DNA of 64,000 nt from the human T2T-CHM13v2.0 reference genome, Homo sapiens, in NCBI RefSeq assembly GCF_009914755.1, contig NC_060933.1, one strand, 5' to 3'. The position numbers and the translations under genes are program-made. This document shows positions 39,301-54,300 of this stretch, piece by piece. The notes below the pieces were generated by a model, which was not told where the DNA came from, did not search any database, and saw only the letters and a program-made list of their open reading frames with translations. How positions within the stretch are numbered: position 1 is the stretch's first letter; the number at the start of each line of letters is the position of its first letter.

Positions 39301-42300
39301 TGGAGTGGAATGGAATGGAATCAACCCGAGTGCAGGGGAATGGAACGGAATGGAATGCAATGGAATGGAATCATCCGGAATGGAATGGAATGAAATGGAA
39401 TGCAAAGCAATGGAATCAACTCGATTGCAATGGAATGGAATAGAATGGAAAGGAATATATTGGAATCAACCCGAGTGGAATGGAATGGAAAGGACTGGAA
39501 TGGAGTGGAATGGAATGGAATGGAATGGAATGGAATCAACTCGATTGGAATGGAATGGAATGGAATGGAATGGAATTAACCCGAATAGAATGGAATGGAA
39601 TGGAATGGAACGGAACGGAGCGGAATGGAACGGAACGGAATGGAATGGAATGGAATGGAATGGAATGGAATCAACCCGACAGCAGGGGAATGGAATGGAA
39701 TGGAATGCAATGGAATGGATTCAACTTTAATGGAATGGAAAGAATGGAATCAACACGAGTGGAATGGCATGGATTGGAATGGAATGGAATGGAATCAACC
39801 CGAGTACAGGGGAATGGAATGGAATGGAATGCAATGGAATGGAATCATCCGTAATGGAATGGAAAAGAATGGAATGGAATGGAATGGAATGGAATGGAAT
39901 GGAATGGAATCAACTCGATTGCAATCGAATGGAATGGAATGGAATTAACCCGAATAGAATGGAATGGAATGGAATGGAATGGAACGGAACGGAATGGAAT
40001 GGAATGGAATGGAATGGAATGGAATGGAATGGAACGGAAAGGAATGGAATGGAATGGAATGGAATGGAATGGAATGGAATCAACGCGAGTGCAGGGGAAA
40101 GGAATGGAATGGAATGCAATGGAATGGAATCTTCCGGAATGGAATGGAATGGAATGGAATGGAATCAACGCGACTGCAGGGGAATGGAATGTAATGGAAT
40201 GTAATGGAATGGAATCTTCCGGAATGGAATGGAATGGAATGGAATCAACCCGAGTGCAATGGAATGGAGTGGAATGGAATGGAATGGAATGGAACAACCC
40301 GAATGGAATCGAATGTAATGGAGAGTAAGGGAGTTGAATAGAATCAATCCGAATGTAATGGAATGGAATGGAACGGAATGGAATTGAATGGAATGGAATG
40401 GAATGCAATGGAATGGAATCATCCGTAATGGAATGGAATGGAATGGAATGGATTGGAATGGAATGGAATGGTATGGAATGGAATGGAATGGTACGGAATA
40501 GAATGGAATGGAACGAATTGTAATGGAATGGAATTGAATGGAAAGGAATGGAATGGAATGGAATCAACGCGAGTGCAGGGGAATGTAATGGAACGGAATG
40601 CAATGGAATGGAATCATCCGGAATGGAATGGAATGGAATGGAATGGAATGGAATCAACCCGAGTGCAATGGAATGGAGTGGAATGGAATGGAATGGAATG
40701 GAACAACCCGAATGGAATGGAATGTAATGGACAGTAAGGGAGTTGAATAGAATGAATGCGAATGTAATGGAATGGAATGCAACGGAATGGAATGGAATGG
40801 AATGGAATGGAATGGAATGGAATGCAAAGGAATGGAATCAACCCGAGTGGAACGGCATGGAATGGAATGCAATGGATTGGAATGGAATGGAATCAACTCG
40901 AGTGGAAAGGAATGGAATGGAATGGAAAGGAATGGAATAAAGTCAACTCGAGTGGAATAGAATGGAATGGAATGGATTGGAATGGATTGCAATGGAATGC
41001 AATGGAATGGAATCAATCATGGAAGGGAATGTAATGGAGTGGAAAGAAGGGAATGGAATCAACCCGAGTGGAATGCAAGGCAATGGAATGGAATGGAAAG
41101 GAATGGAATGGAATCAACTCGATTGCAATGGAATGGAATGGAATGGAATGGAATGGAATGGAATTAACCGGAATAGAATGGAATGGAATGGAATGGGACG
41201 GAATGGAATGGAATGGAAGGGATTGGAATCAACACGAGTGCAGGGGAATGGAATGGAATGGAATGCAATGCAATGGAATCATCCGGAATGGAATGGAATG
41301 GAATGGAATCAACTCCATTGCAATGGAATGGAATGGAATGGAATGGAATAGAATGGAATGGAATTAACCCGAATAGATGGAATGCAATAGAATGGAATGC
41401 AACGGAACCGAATGGAGTGGAATGGAATGGAATGGAATCAACACGAGTACAGGGGAATGGAATGGAATGGAATGCAATGGAATGGAGTCATCCGTAATGG
41501 AATGGAAAGGAATGGAATGGAATGGAATGGAATGGAATGGAATGGAATGGAATGGAATCAACTCGATGGCAATCGAATGGAATGGAATGGAATTAACCCG
41601 AATGGAATGGAATGGAATGGAACGGAACGGAATGGAATGGAATGGAATGGAATGGAATGGAATGGAACGGAACGGAATGGAATGGAATGGAATGGAATGG
41701 AATCAACGCGAGTGCAGGGGAATGGAATGGAATGGAATGCAATGGAATGGAATCTTCCGGAATGGAATGGAATGGAATGGAATGAAAGGCAATGGATTCA
41801 ACTCGATTGCAATGGAATGGAATAGAATGGAATGGAATGGAATGGAATGGAATGGAATTGAATGGAATGGAATGCCTTCAAACCGAATGGAATGGAAAGG
41901 AATGGAATCAACACGAGTGGAAAGGAATGGAATGGAAAGGAATGGAATGGTACGGAATAGAACGGAATGGAACGAACTGGAATGGAATGGAATGGAATGG
42001 AATGGAATGGAATGGAATGGAATCGTTCCGAGTGGAATAGGAGGGAATGTATTCGACTGGAATGGAAAGGAATGGAATCAACCAGAGTGGAATGGAAGGG
42101 AATGGAATGGAATGGAAACTAATAGAATGGAATCAACCTGAGTGAAATGGAATGGAAAGGACTGGAATGGAATGGAATGGAATGGTATGGAATCAACTCG
42201 ATTGTAATGGAATGGAATGGAATGGAATGGAATGGAATGGAATGCAATGGAATGGAATGGAATGGAATTAACCCAAATACAATGGAATGGAATGGAATGG

Positions 42301-44518
42301 AACGGAATGGAGTGGAATGGAATGGAATCAACCCGAGTGCAGGGGAATGGAATGGAATGCAATGCAATGGAATGGAATCATCCGGAATGGAGTCGTATGG
42401 AATGGAATGCAAAGCAATGGAATCAACTCGATTGCAATGGAATGGAATGGAATGGAAAGGAATACATTGGAATCAACCCGAGTGGAATGGAATGGAAAGG
42501 ACTGGAATGGAGTGGAATGGAATGGAATGGAATGGAATGGAATCAACTCGATTGGAATGGAATGGAATGGAATGGAATGGAATGGAATGGAATTAACCCG
42601 AATAGAATGGAATGGAATGGAATGGAACGGAACGGAACGGAACGGAACGGAATGGAATGGAATGGAATGGAATGGAATGGAATCAACCCGACTGCAGGGG
42701 AATGGAATGGAATGGAATGCAATGGAATGGATTCAACTTGAATGGAATGGAAAGAATGGAATCAACACGAGTGGAATGTCATGGATTGGAATGGAATGGA
42801 ATGGAATCAACCCGAGTACAGGGGAATGGAATGGAATGGAATGCAATGGAATGGAATCATGTGTAATGGAATGGAAAGGAATGGAATGGAATGGAATGGA
42901 AAGGAATGGAATGGAATGGAATGGAATGGAATGGAATGGAATGGAATGGAATCAACTCGATTGCAATCGAATGGAATGGAATGGAATTAACCCGAATAGA
43001 ATGGAATGGAATGGAATGGAATGGAACGGAACGGAATGGAATGGAATGGAATGGAATGGAATGGAATGGAACGGAAAGGAATGGAATGGAATGGAATGGA
43101 ATGGAATGGAATGGAATGGAATGGAATCAACGCGAGTGCAGGGGAATGGAAAGGAAGGGAATGCAATGGAATAGAATCTTCCGGAATGGAATGGAATGGA
43201 ATGGAATGGAATGGAATGGAATGGAATAAACCCGAGTGCAATGGAATGGAGTGGAATGGAATGGAATGGAATGGAGCAACCCGAACGGAATGGAATGTAA
43301 TGGAGAGTAAGGGAGTTGAATAGAATCAATCCGAATGTAATGGAATGGAATGGAACGGAATGGAATTGAATGGAATGGAATGGAATGCAATGGAATGGAA
43401 TCAACCCGAGTGCAATGGAATGGAGAGGAATGGAATGGAATGGAATGGAAACTACCCGAATGGAATGGAATGTAATGGATTGTAAGGGAATTGAATAGAA
43501 TCAATCCGAATGGAATGGAATGGAATGGAACGGAATGGAATGGAATGGAATGGAATGGAATGCAATGGAATGGAATCAACCCGAGTGCAATCGAATGGAA
43601 TCGAATGGAATGGAATGCAATGGAATGGATTCAACTTGAATGGAATGGAAAGAATGGAATCAACACGAGTGGAAGGGCATGGATTGGAATGCAATGGAAT
43701 GGAATCAACCGGAGTACAGGGGAATGGAATGGAATGGAATGCAATAGAATGGAATCATCCGTAATGGAATGGAAAGGAATGGAATGGAATGGAATGGAAT
43801 GGAATAGAATGGAATCAACACGATTGCAATCGAATGGAATGGAATGGAATTAACCCGAATAGAATGGAATGGAATGGAATGGAACGGAACGGAATGGAAT
43901 GGAATGGAATGGAATGGAATGGAACGGAACGGAATGGAATGGAATGGAATGGAATGGAATGGAATCAACGCGAGTGCAGGGGAATGGAATGGAATGGAAT
44001 GCAATGGAATGGAATCTTCCGGAATGCAATGGAATGGAATGGAATGGAATGGAATTAACCCGAATAGAATGGAATGGAATGGAATGGAACGGAACGGAAC
44101 GGAACGGAATGGAATGGAATGGAATGGAATGGAATCAACCCGACTGCAGGGGAATGGAATGGAATGGAATGGAATGGAATGGAATGGAATCATCTGGAAC
44201 GGAATGGAATGGAATGGAATGGAATCAACTCGATTGCAATGGAATGGAATGGAATGGAATGGAATGGAATGGAATGGAATGGAATGGAATTCACCCAAAT
44301 AGAATGGAATGGAATGGAATGGAAAGGAATGGAAGGGAAAGAAATGGAATGTAATCAACCCGAGTGCAGGGGAATGGAATGGAATGGAATGCAATGGAAT
44401 GGAATCATCCGGAATGGAATGGAATGGAATGGTATCAACCCGAGTGCAGGGGAATGTAATGGAACGGAATGCAATGGAATGGAGTCATCCGGAATGGAAT
44501 GGAATGGAATGGAATGGA
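33372..44518 (+). repeat. Older ~4.4-kb direct duplication at ~6,765-bp offset (33372-37753 ~ 40137-44518), also copied into 47861-59007
   Basis: ORF twins at +6765 to +6775 (33400/40165, 33978/40743, 35967/42742, 36682/43452, 37544/44309). Shared private variants include GGACAGTAAGG, GAATGAATGCGAAT, ATTCGACTGG, GGAGTCGTATGG, ATCATGTGT and GGAGCAACCCGAACGG. The copies differ by a few SNPs and whole-pentamer indels. Confidence 0.92.
40126..40225. promoter_or_regulatory. Pair of perfect HSEs 85 bp apart (40126-40140, 40211-40225; twin pair at 54615/54700)
   Basis: Two consecutive CAACGCGA-GCAGGGG...CTTCC modules, juxtaposed at the left boundary of the 6.77-kb-offset duplication. Confidence 0.6.
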
Positions 44519-45385
44519 ATGGAATGGAATTAACCCGAATAGAATGGAATGGAATGGAATGGAACGGAATGGAACGGAATGGAATGGAATGGAATGGAAT
44601 GGAATGGTATGGAAAGGAATGGAATGGTACGGAATAGAATGGAATGGAACGAATTGTAATGGAATGGAATTTAATGGAACGGAATGGAATGGAATGGAAT
44701 CAACGCGAGTGCAGGGGAATGTAATGGAACGGAATGCAATGGAATGGAATCATCCGGAATGGAATGGAATGGAATGGAATGGAATGGAATGGAATGGAAT
44801 GGAATCAACCCGAGTGCAATGGAATGGAGTGGAATGGAATGGAATGGAATGGAACAACCCGAATGGAATGGAATGTAATGGAGAGTAAGGGAGTTGAATA
44901 GAATCAATCCGAATGTAATGGAATGGAATGCAACGGAATGGAATGGAATGGAATGCAATGGAATGGAATGGAATGGAACGCAACGGAATGGAATCAACCC
45001 GAGTGGAATGGCATGGAATGGAATGCAATGGATTGGAATGGAATGGAATCAACTCGAGTGGAAAGGAATGGAATGGAATGGAAAGGAATGGAATGAAGTC
45101 AACTCGAGTGGAATGGAATGGAATGGAATGGATTGGAATGGATTGCAATGGAATGAAGTGGAATGGAATGGAATGGAATCAACTCCATTGCAATGGAATG
45201 GAATGGAATGGAATGGAATAGAATGGAATGGAATTAACCCGATTAGAATGGAATGCAATACAAGGGAATGCAACGGAACCGAATGGAGTGGAATGGAATG
45301 GAATGGAATCAACCCGAGTACAGGGGAATGGAATGGAATGGAAAGCAATGGAATGGAGTCATCCGTAATGGAACGGAAAGGAATG

Positions 45386-48300
45386 GAATGGAATGGAATG
45401 GAATGGAATGGAATGGAATGGAATCAACTCGATTGCAATCGAATGGAATGGAATGGAATTAACCCGAATAGAATGGAATGGAATGGAATGGAACGGAACG
45501 GAATGGAATGGAATGGAATGGAATGGAATGGAACGGAACGGAATGGAATGGAATGGAATAGAATGGAATGGAATGGAATGGAATAAACGCGAGTGCAGGG
45601 GAATGGAATGGAATGGAATGCAATGGAATGGAATCTTTCGGAATGGAATGGAATGGAATGGAATGGAATGAAATGCAATGGATTCAACTCGATAGCAATG
45701 GAATGTAATAGAATGGAATGGAATGTAATGGAATGGAATTAATCCGAATAGAATGGAATGGAATGGAATGGAACGGAATGGAACGGAATGGAATGGAATG
45801 GAATGGAATGGAATGGTATGGAATAGAATGGAATGGTACGGAATAGAATGGAATGGAACGAATTGTAATGGAATGGAATTGAATGGAATGGAATGGAATG
45901 GAATGGAATCAACGCGAGTGCAGGGGAATGTAATGGAACGGAATGCAATGGAATGGAATCATCCGGAATGGAATGGAATGGAATGGAATGGAATGGAATC
46001 AACCCGAGTGCAATGGAATGGAGTGGAATGGAATGCAATGGAATGGAATAACCCGAATGGAATGGAATGTAATGGAGAGTAAGGGAGTTGAATAGAATCA
46101 ATCCGAATGTAATGGAATGGAATGCAACGGAATGGAATGGAATGGAATGGAATGGAATGCAATGGAATGGAATGGAATGGAATCAACGCGAGTGCAGGGG
46201 AATGGAATGTAATGGAATGCAATGGAATGGAATCTTCCGGAATGGAATGGGATGGAATGGAATGGAATCAACCCGAGTGCAATGGAATGGAGTGGAATGG
46301 AATGGAATGGAATGGAACAACCCGAATGGAATCGAAAGTAATGGAGAGTAAGGGAGTTGAATTGAACCAATCCGAATGTAATGGAATGGAATGGAACGGA
46401 ATGGAATTGAATGGAATGGAATGGAATGGAATGCAATGGAATGGAATCAACCCGAGTGCAATGGAATGGAGAGGAATGGAATGGAATGGAGTGGAAACTA
46501 CCCGAATGGAATGGAATGTAATGGAGTGTAAGGGAATTGAATACAATCAATCCGAATGTAATGGAAAGGAATGGAACTTAATGGAATGGAATGGAATGGA
46601 ATGGAATGGAATGGAATGGAATGCAATGGAATGGAATCAACCCGAGTGCAATCGAATGGAATCGAATGGAATGGAATGAAATGGAATGGAATCAACTCGA
46701 TTGCAATCGAATGGAATGGAATGGAATTAACCCGAATAGAATGGAATGGAATGGAAAGGAAAGGAACGGAATGGAATGGAATGGAAAGGAATGGAATGGA
46801 ATGGAATGGAATGGTTCGGAATAGAATGGATTGGAACAAAATGGAATGGAATGGAATGGAATGGAATGGAATGGAATGGAATGGAATGGAATGGAATCAA
46901 GTCGATTGCAATGGAATAGAATGGAATGGAATGGAACGGATTGGAATGGAATGGAATGGAATGGAATGGAATTAAAAGGAATGGAATGGAATGGAATCAA
47001 CCCGAGTGCAGGGGAAAGGAATGGAATGGAATGCAATGGAATGGAATGGAATGGAATGGAATGGAATGGAATGGAATGGAATGGAATGGAATCAACCCGA
47101 GTGGAATGGCATGGAATGGAATGCAATGGAATGGAATGGAATGGAATCAACTCGAGTGGAAAGGAATGGAATGGAATGGAAAGGAATGGAATGAAATCAA
47201 CTCGAGTGGAATGGAATGGAATGGAATGGATTGGAATGGATTGCAATGGAATAAAATGGAATGGAATCGAATGGAATCAATCATTCCGAGTGGAATGGAA
47301 GGGAATGTAATGGAGTGGAAAGAAGGGAATGGAATCAACCAGAGTGGAATGCAAGGCAATGGAATGGAATTGAAAGGAATGGAATGTAATCAACTCAATT
47401 GCAATGGAATGGAATGGAATGGAATGGAATGGAAAGGAATGGAATGGAATGAAATCGAATGGAATGGAGTGCAATGGAATGGAATCAATCCGAGTGCAAT
47501 CGAATGGAATCGAATGGAATGGAATGCAATGGAATGGATTCAACTTGAATGGAATGGAAAGAATGGAATCAACACGAGTGGAATGGCATGGATTGGAATG
47601 GAATGGAATGGAATCAACCCGAGTACAGGGGAATGGAATGGAATGGAATGCAATGGAATGGAATCATCCGTAATGGAATGGAAAGGAATGGAATGGAATG
47701 GAATGGAATGGAATGGAATGGAATGGAATCAACTCGATTGCAATCGAATGGAATGGAATGGAATTAACCCGAATAGAATGGAATGGAATGGAATGGAACG
47801 GAACGGAACGGAACGGAACGGAATGGAATGGAATGGAATGGAACGGAAAGGAATGGAATTGAATGGAATGGAATGGAATGGAATGGAATCAACGCGACTG
47901 CAGGGGAATGGAATGTAATGGAATGTAATGGAATGGAATCTTCCGGAATGGAATGGAATGGAATGGAATCAACCCGAGTGCAATGGAATGGAGTGGAATG
48001 GAATGGAATGGAATGGAACAACCCGAATGGAATCGAATGTAATGGAGAGTAAGGGAGTTGAATAGAATCAATCCGAATGTAATGGAATGGAATGGAACGG
48101 AATGGAATTCAATGGAATGGAATGGAATGCAATGGAATGGAATCATCCGTAATGGAATGGAATGGAATGGAATGGAATGGAATGGAATGGAATGGTATGG
48201 AATGGAATGGAATGGTACGGAATAGAATGGAATGGAACGAATTGTAATGGAATGGAATTGAATGGAAAGGAATGGAATGGAATGGAATCAACGCGAGTGC

Positions 48301-51300
48301 AGGGGAATGTAATGGAACGGAATGCAATGGAATGGAATCATCCGGAATGGAATGGAATGGAATGGAATGGAATGGAATCAACCCGAGTGCAATGGAATGG
48401 AGTGGAATGGAATGGAATGGAATGGAACAACCCGAATGGAATGGAATGTAATGGACAGTAAGGGAGTTGAATAGAATGAATGCGAATGTAATGGAATGGA
48501 ATGCAACGGAATGGAATGGAATGGAATGGAATGGAATGGAATGGAATGCAAAGGAATGGAATCAACCCGAGTGGAACGGCATGGAATGGAATGCAATGGA
48601 TTGGAATGGAATGGAATCAACTCGAGTGGAAAGGAATGGAATGGAATGGAAAGGAATGGAATAAAGTCAACTCGAGTGGAATAGAATGGAATGGAATGGA
48701 TTGGAATGGATTGCAATGGAATGCAATGGAATGGAATCAATCATGGAAGGGAATGTAATGGAGTGGAAAGAAGGGAATGGAATCAACCCGTGTGGAATGC
48801 AAGGCAATGGAATGGAATGGAAAGGAATGGAATGGAATCAACTCGATTGCAATGGAATGGAATGGAATGGAATGGAATGGAATGGAATTAACCGGAATAG
48901 AATGGAATGGAATGGAATGGGACGGAATGGAATGGAATGGAAGGAATTGGAATCAACACGAGTGCAGGGGAATGGAATGGAATGGAATGCAATGCAATGG
49001 AATCATCCGGAATGGAATGGAATGGAATGGAATCAACTCCATTGCAATGGAATGGAATGGAATGGAATGGAATAGAATGGAATGGAATTAACCCGAATAG
49101 ATGGAATGCAATAGAATGGAATGCAACGGAACCGAATGGAGTGGAATGGAATGGAATGGAATCAACACGAGTACAGGGGAATGGAATGGAATGGAATGCA
49201 ATGGAATGGAGTCATCCGTAATGGAATGGAAAGGAATGGAATGGAATGGAATGGAATGGAATGGAATGGAATGGAATGGAATCAACTCGATGGCAATCGA
49301 ATGGAATGGAATGGAATTAACCCGAATGGAATGGAATGGAATGGAACGGAACGGAATGGAATGGAATGGAATGGAATGGAATGGAATGGAACGGAACGGA
49401 ATGGAATGGAATGGAATGGAATGGAATCAACGCGAGTGCAGGGGAATGGAATGGAATGGAATGCAATGGAATGGAATCTTCCGGAATGGAATGGAATGGA
49501 ATGGAATGAAAGGCAATGGATTCAACTCGATTGCAATGGAATGGAATAGAATGGAATGGAATGGAATGGAATGGAATGGAATTGAATGGAATGGAATGCC
49601 TTCAAACCGAATGGAATGGAAAGGAATGGAATCAACACGAGTGGAAAGGAATGGAATGGAATGGAATGGTATGGAATAGAACGGAATGGAACGAACTGGA
49701 ATGGAATGGAATGGAATGGAATGGAATGGAATGGAATGGAATCGTTCCGAGTGGAATAGGAGGGAATGTATTCGACTGGAATGGAAAGGAATGGAATCAA
49801 CCAGAGTGGAATGGAAGGGAATGGAATGGAATGGAAACTAATAGAATGGAATCAACCTGAGTGAAATGGAATGGAAAGGACTGGAATGGAATGGAATGGA
49901 ATGGTATGGAATCAACTCGATTGTAATGGAATGGAATGGAATGGAATGGAATGGAATGGAATGCAATGGAATGGAATGGAATGGAATTAACCCAAATACA
50001 ATGGAATGGAATGGAATGGAACGGAATGGAGTGGAATGGAATGGAATCAACCCGAGTGCAGGGGAATGGAATGGAATGCAATGCAATGGAATGGAATCAT
50101 CCGGAATGGAGTCGTATGGAATGGAATGCAAAGCAATGGAATCAACTCGATTGCAATGGAATGGAATGGAATGGAAAGGAATACATTGGAATCAACCCGA
50201 GTGGAATGGAATGGAAAGGACTGGAATGGAGTGGAATGGAATGGAATGGAATGGAATGGAATCAACTCGATTGGAATGGAATGGAATGGAATGGAATGGA
50301 ATGGAATTAACCCGAATAGAATGGAATGGAATGGAATTGAACGGAACGGAACGGAACGGAACGGAATGGAATGGAATGGAATGGAATGGAATGGAATCAA
50401 CCCGACTGCAGGGGAATGGAATGGAATGGAATGCAATGGAATGGATTCAACTTGAATGGAATGGAAAGAATGGAATCAACACGAGTGGAATGTCATGGAT
50501 TGGAATGGAATGGAATGGAATCAACCCGAGTACAGGGGAATGGAATGGAATGGAATGCAATGGAATGGAATCATGTGTAATGGAATGGAAAGGAATGGAA
50601 TGGAATGGAATGGAAAGGAATGGAATGGAATGGAATGGAATGGAATGGAATGGAATGGAATGGAATCAACTCGATTGCAATCGAATGGAATGGAATGGAA
50701 TTAACCCGAATAGAATGGAATGGAATGGAATGGAATGGAACGGAACGGAATGGAATGGAATGGAATGGAATGGAATGGAATGGAACGGAAAGGAATGGAA
50801 TGGAATGGAATGGAATGGAATGGAATGGAATGGAATGGAATGGAATCAACGCGAGTGCAGGGGAATGGAAAGGAAGGGAATGCAATGGAATAGAATCTTC
50901 CGGAATGGAATGGAATGGAATGGAATGGAATGGAATGGAATGGAATAAACCCGAGTGCAATGGAATGGAGTGGAATGGAATGGAATGGAATGGAGCAACC
51001 CGAACGGAATGGAATGTAATGGAGAGTAAGGGAGTTGAATAGAATCAATCCGAATGTAATGGAATGGAATGGAACGGAATGGAATTGAATGGAATGGAAT
51101 GGAATGCAATGGAATAGAATCAACCCGAGTGCAATGGAATGGAGAGGAATGGAATGGAATGGAATGGAAACTACCCGAATGGAATGGAATGTAATGGATT
51201 GTAAGGGAATTGAATAGAATCAATCCGAATGGAATGGAATGGAATGGAACGGAATGGAATGGAATGGAATGGAATGGAATGCAATGGAATGGAATCAACC

Positions 51301-54300
51301 CGAGTGCAATCGAATGGAATCGAATGGAATGGAATGCAATGGAATGGATTCAACTTGAATGGAATGGAAAGAATGGAATCAACACGAGTGGAAGGGCATG
51401 GATTGGAATGCAATGGAATGGAATCAACCGGAGTACAGGGGAATGGAATGGAATGGAATGCAATAGAATGGAATCATCCGTAATGGAATGGAAAGGAATG
51501 GAATGGAATGGAATGGAATGGAATAGAATGGAATCAACACGATTGCAATCGAATGGAATGGAATGGAATTAACCCGAATAGAATGGAATGGAATGGAATG
51601 GAACGGAACGGAATGGAATGGAATGGAATGGAATGGAATGGAACGGAACGGAATGGAATGGAATGGAATGGAATGGAATGGAATCAACGCGAGTGCAGGG
51701 GAATGGAATGGAATGGAATGCAATGGAATGGAATCTTCCGGAATGCAATGGAATGGAATGGAATGGAATGGAATTAACCCGAATAGAATGGAATGGAATG
51801 GAATGGAACGGAACGGAACGGAACGGAATGGAATGGAATGGAATGGAATGGAATCAACCCGACTGCAGGGGATTGGAATGGAATGGAATGGAATGGAATG
51901 GAATCATCTGGAACGGAATGGAATGGAATGGAATGGAATCAACTCGATTGCAATGGAATGGAATGGAATGGAATGGAATGGAATGGAATGGAATGGAATG
52001 GAATGGAATGGAATTCACCCGAATAGAATGGAATGGAATGGAATGGAAAGGAATGGAAGGGAAAGAAATGGAATGTAATCAACCCGAGTGCAGGGGAATG
52101 GAATGGAATGGAATGCAATGGAATGGAATCATCCGGAATGGAATGGAATCGAATGGTATCAACCCGAGTGCAGGGGAATGTAATGGAACGGAATGCAATG
52201 GAATGGAGTCATCCGGAATGGAATGGAATGGAATGGAATGGATTGGAATCAACCCGAGTGCAATGGAATGGAGTGGAATGGAATGGAATGGAATGGAACA
52301 ACCCGAATGGAATGGAATGTAATGGAGACTAAGGGAGTTGAATAGAATCAATCCGAATGTAATGGAATGGAATGCAACGGAATGGAATGGAATGGAATGC
52401 AATGGAATGGAATGGAATGGAATGCAAAGGAATGGAATCAACCCGAGTGGAATGGCATGGAATGGATTGCAATGGATTGGAATGGAATGGAATCAACTCG
52501 AGTGGAAAGGAATGGAATGGAATGGAAAGGAATGGAATGAAGTCAACTCGAGTGGAATGGAATGGAATGGAATGGATTGGAATGGATTGCAATGGAATGA
52601 AATGGAATGGAATGGAATGGAATCAATCATTCCGAGTGGAATGGAAGGGAATGTAATGGAGTGGAAAGAAGGGAATGGAATCAACCCGAGTGGAATGCAA
52701 GGCAATGGAATGGAATTGAAAGGAATGGAATGGAATCAACTCGATTGCAATGGAATGGAATGGAATGGAATGGAATGGAATGGAATGGATTTAACCGGAA
52801 TAGAATGGAATGGAATGGAATGGAACGGAATGGAATGGAATGGAAGGGAATGGAATCAACACCAGTGCAGGGGAATGGAATGGAATGGAATGCAATGCAA
52901 TGGAATCATCCGGAATGGAATGGAATGGAATGGAATCAACTCCATTGCAATGGAATGGAATGGAATGGAATGGAATAGAATGGAATGGAATTAACCCGAA
53001 TAGATGGAATGCAATAGAATGGAATGCAACGGAACCGAATGGAGTGGAATGGAATGGAATGGAATTAACCCGAGTACAGGGGAATGGAATGGAAGGGAAT
53101 GCAATGGAATGGAGTCATCCGTAATGGAATGGAAAGGAATGGAACGGAACGGAATGGAATGGAATGGAATGGAATGGAATCAACGCGAGTGCAGGGGAAT
53201 GGAATGGAATGGAATGCAATGGAATGGAATCTTCCGGAATGGAATGGAATGGAATGGAATGAAAGGCAATGGTTTCAACTCGATTGCAATGGAATGGAAT
53301 AGAATGGAATGGAATGGAATGGAATGGAATGGAATGGAATTGAATGGAATGGAATGCCTTCAAAACGAATGGAATGGAAAGGAATGGAATCAACACGAGT
53401 GGAAAGGAATGGAATGGAAAGGAATGGAATGGAATGGAATGGTACGGAATAGAACGGAATGGAACGAACTGGAATGGAAAGGAATGGAATGGAATGGAAT
53501 GGAATCGTTCCGAGTGGAATAGGAGGGAATGTATTCGAGTGGAATGGAAAGGAATGGAATCAACCAGAGTGGAATGGAAGGGAATGGAATGGAATGGAAA
53601 CTAATAGAATGGAATCAACCCGAGTGGAATGGAATGGAAAGGACTGGAATGGAATGGAATGGAATGGAATGGAATGGAATGGAATCAACTCGATTGTAAT
53701 GGAATGGAATGGAATGGAATGGAATGGAATGCAATGGAATGGAATGGAATGGAATTAACCCGAATACAATGGAATGGAATGGAACGGAATGGAGTGGAAT
53801 GGAATGGAATCAACCCGAGTGCAGGGGAATGGAACGGAATGGAATGCAATGGAATGGAATCATCCGGAATGGAATGGAATGAAATGGAATGCAAAGCAAT
53901 GGAATCAACTCGATTGCAATGGAATGGAATAGAATGGAAAGGAATATATTGGAATCAACCCGAGTGGAATGGAATGGAAAGGACTGGAATGGAGTGGAAT
54001 GGAATGGAATGGAATGGAATGGAATCAACTCGATTGGAATGGAATGGAATGGAATGGAATGGAATTAACCCGAATAGAATGGAATGGAATGGAATGGAAC
54101 GGAACGGAGCGGAATGGAACGGAACGGAATGGAATGGAATGGAATGGAATGGAATGGAATCAACCCGACAGCAGGGGAATGGAATGGAATGGAATGCAAT
54201 GGAATGGATTCAACTTTAATGGAATGGAAAGAATGGAATCAACACGAGTGGAATGGCATGGATTGGAATGGAATGGAATGGAATCAACCCGAGTACAGGG

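Larger units (their letters stand above)
30897..45385 (+). repeat. 14,489-bp tandem duplication, copy 1
   Basis: Every ORF in the track from 30904 to ~45250 has an identical-translation twin at +14489 (e.g. 32437/46926, 35377/49866, 39845/54334, 44750/59239). Private variants recur at +14489 (CGATAGCAAT 31201/45690; GGAGTCGTATGG 35619/50108; GGAATATATTGG 39452/53941). The last mismatch on the left is 30896 C vs 45385 G. Confidence 0.96.
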
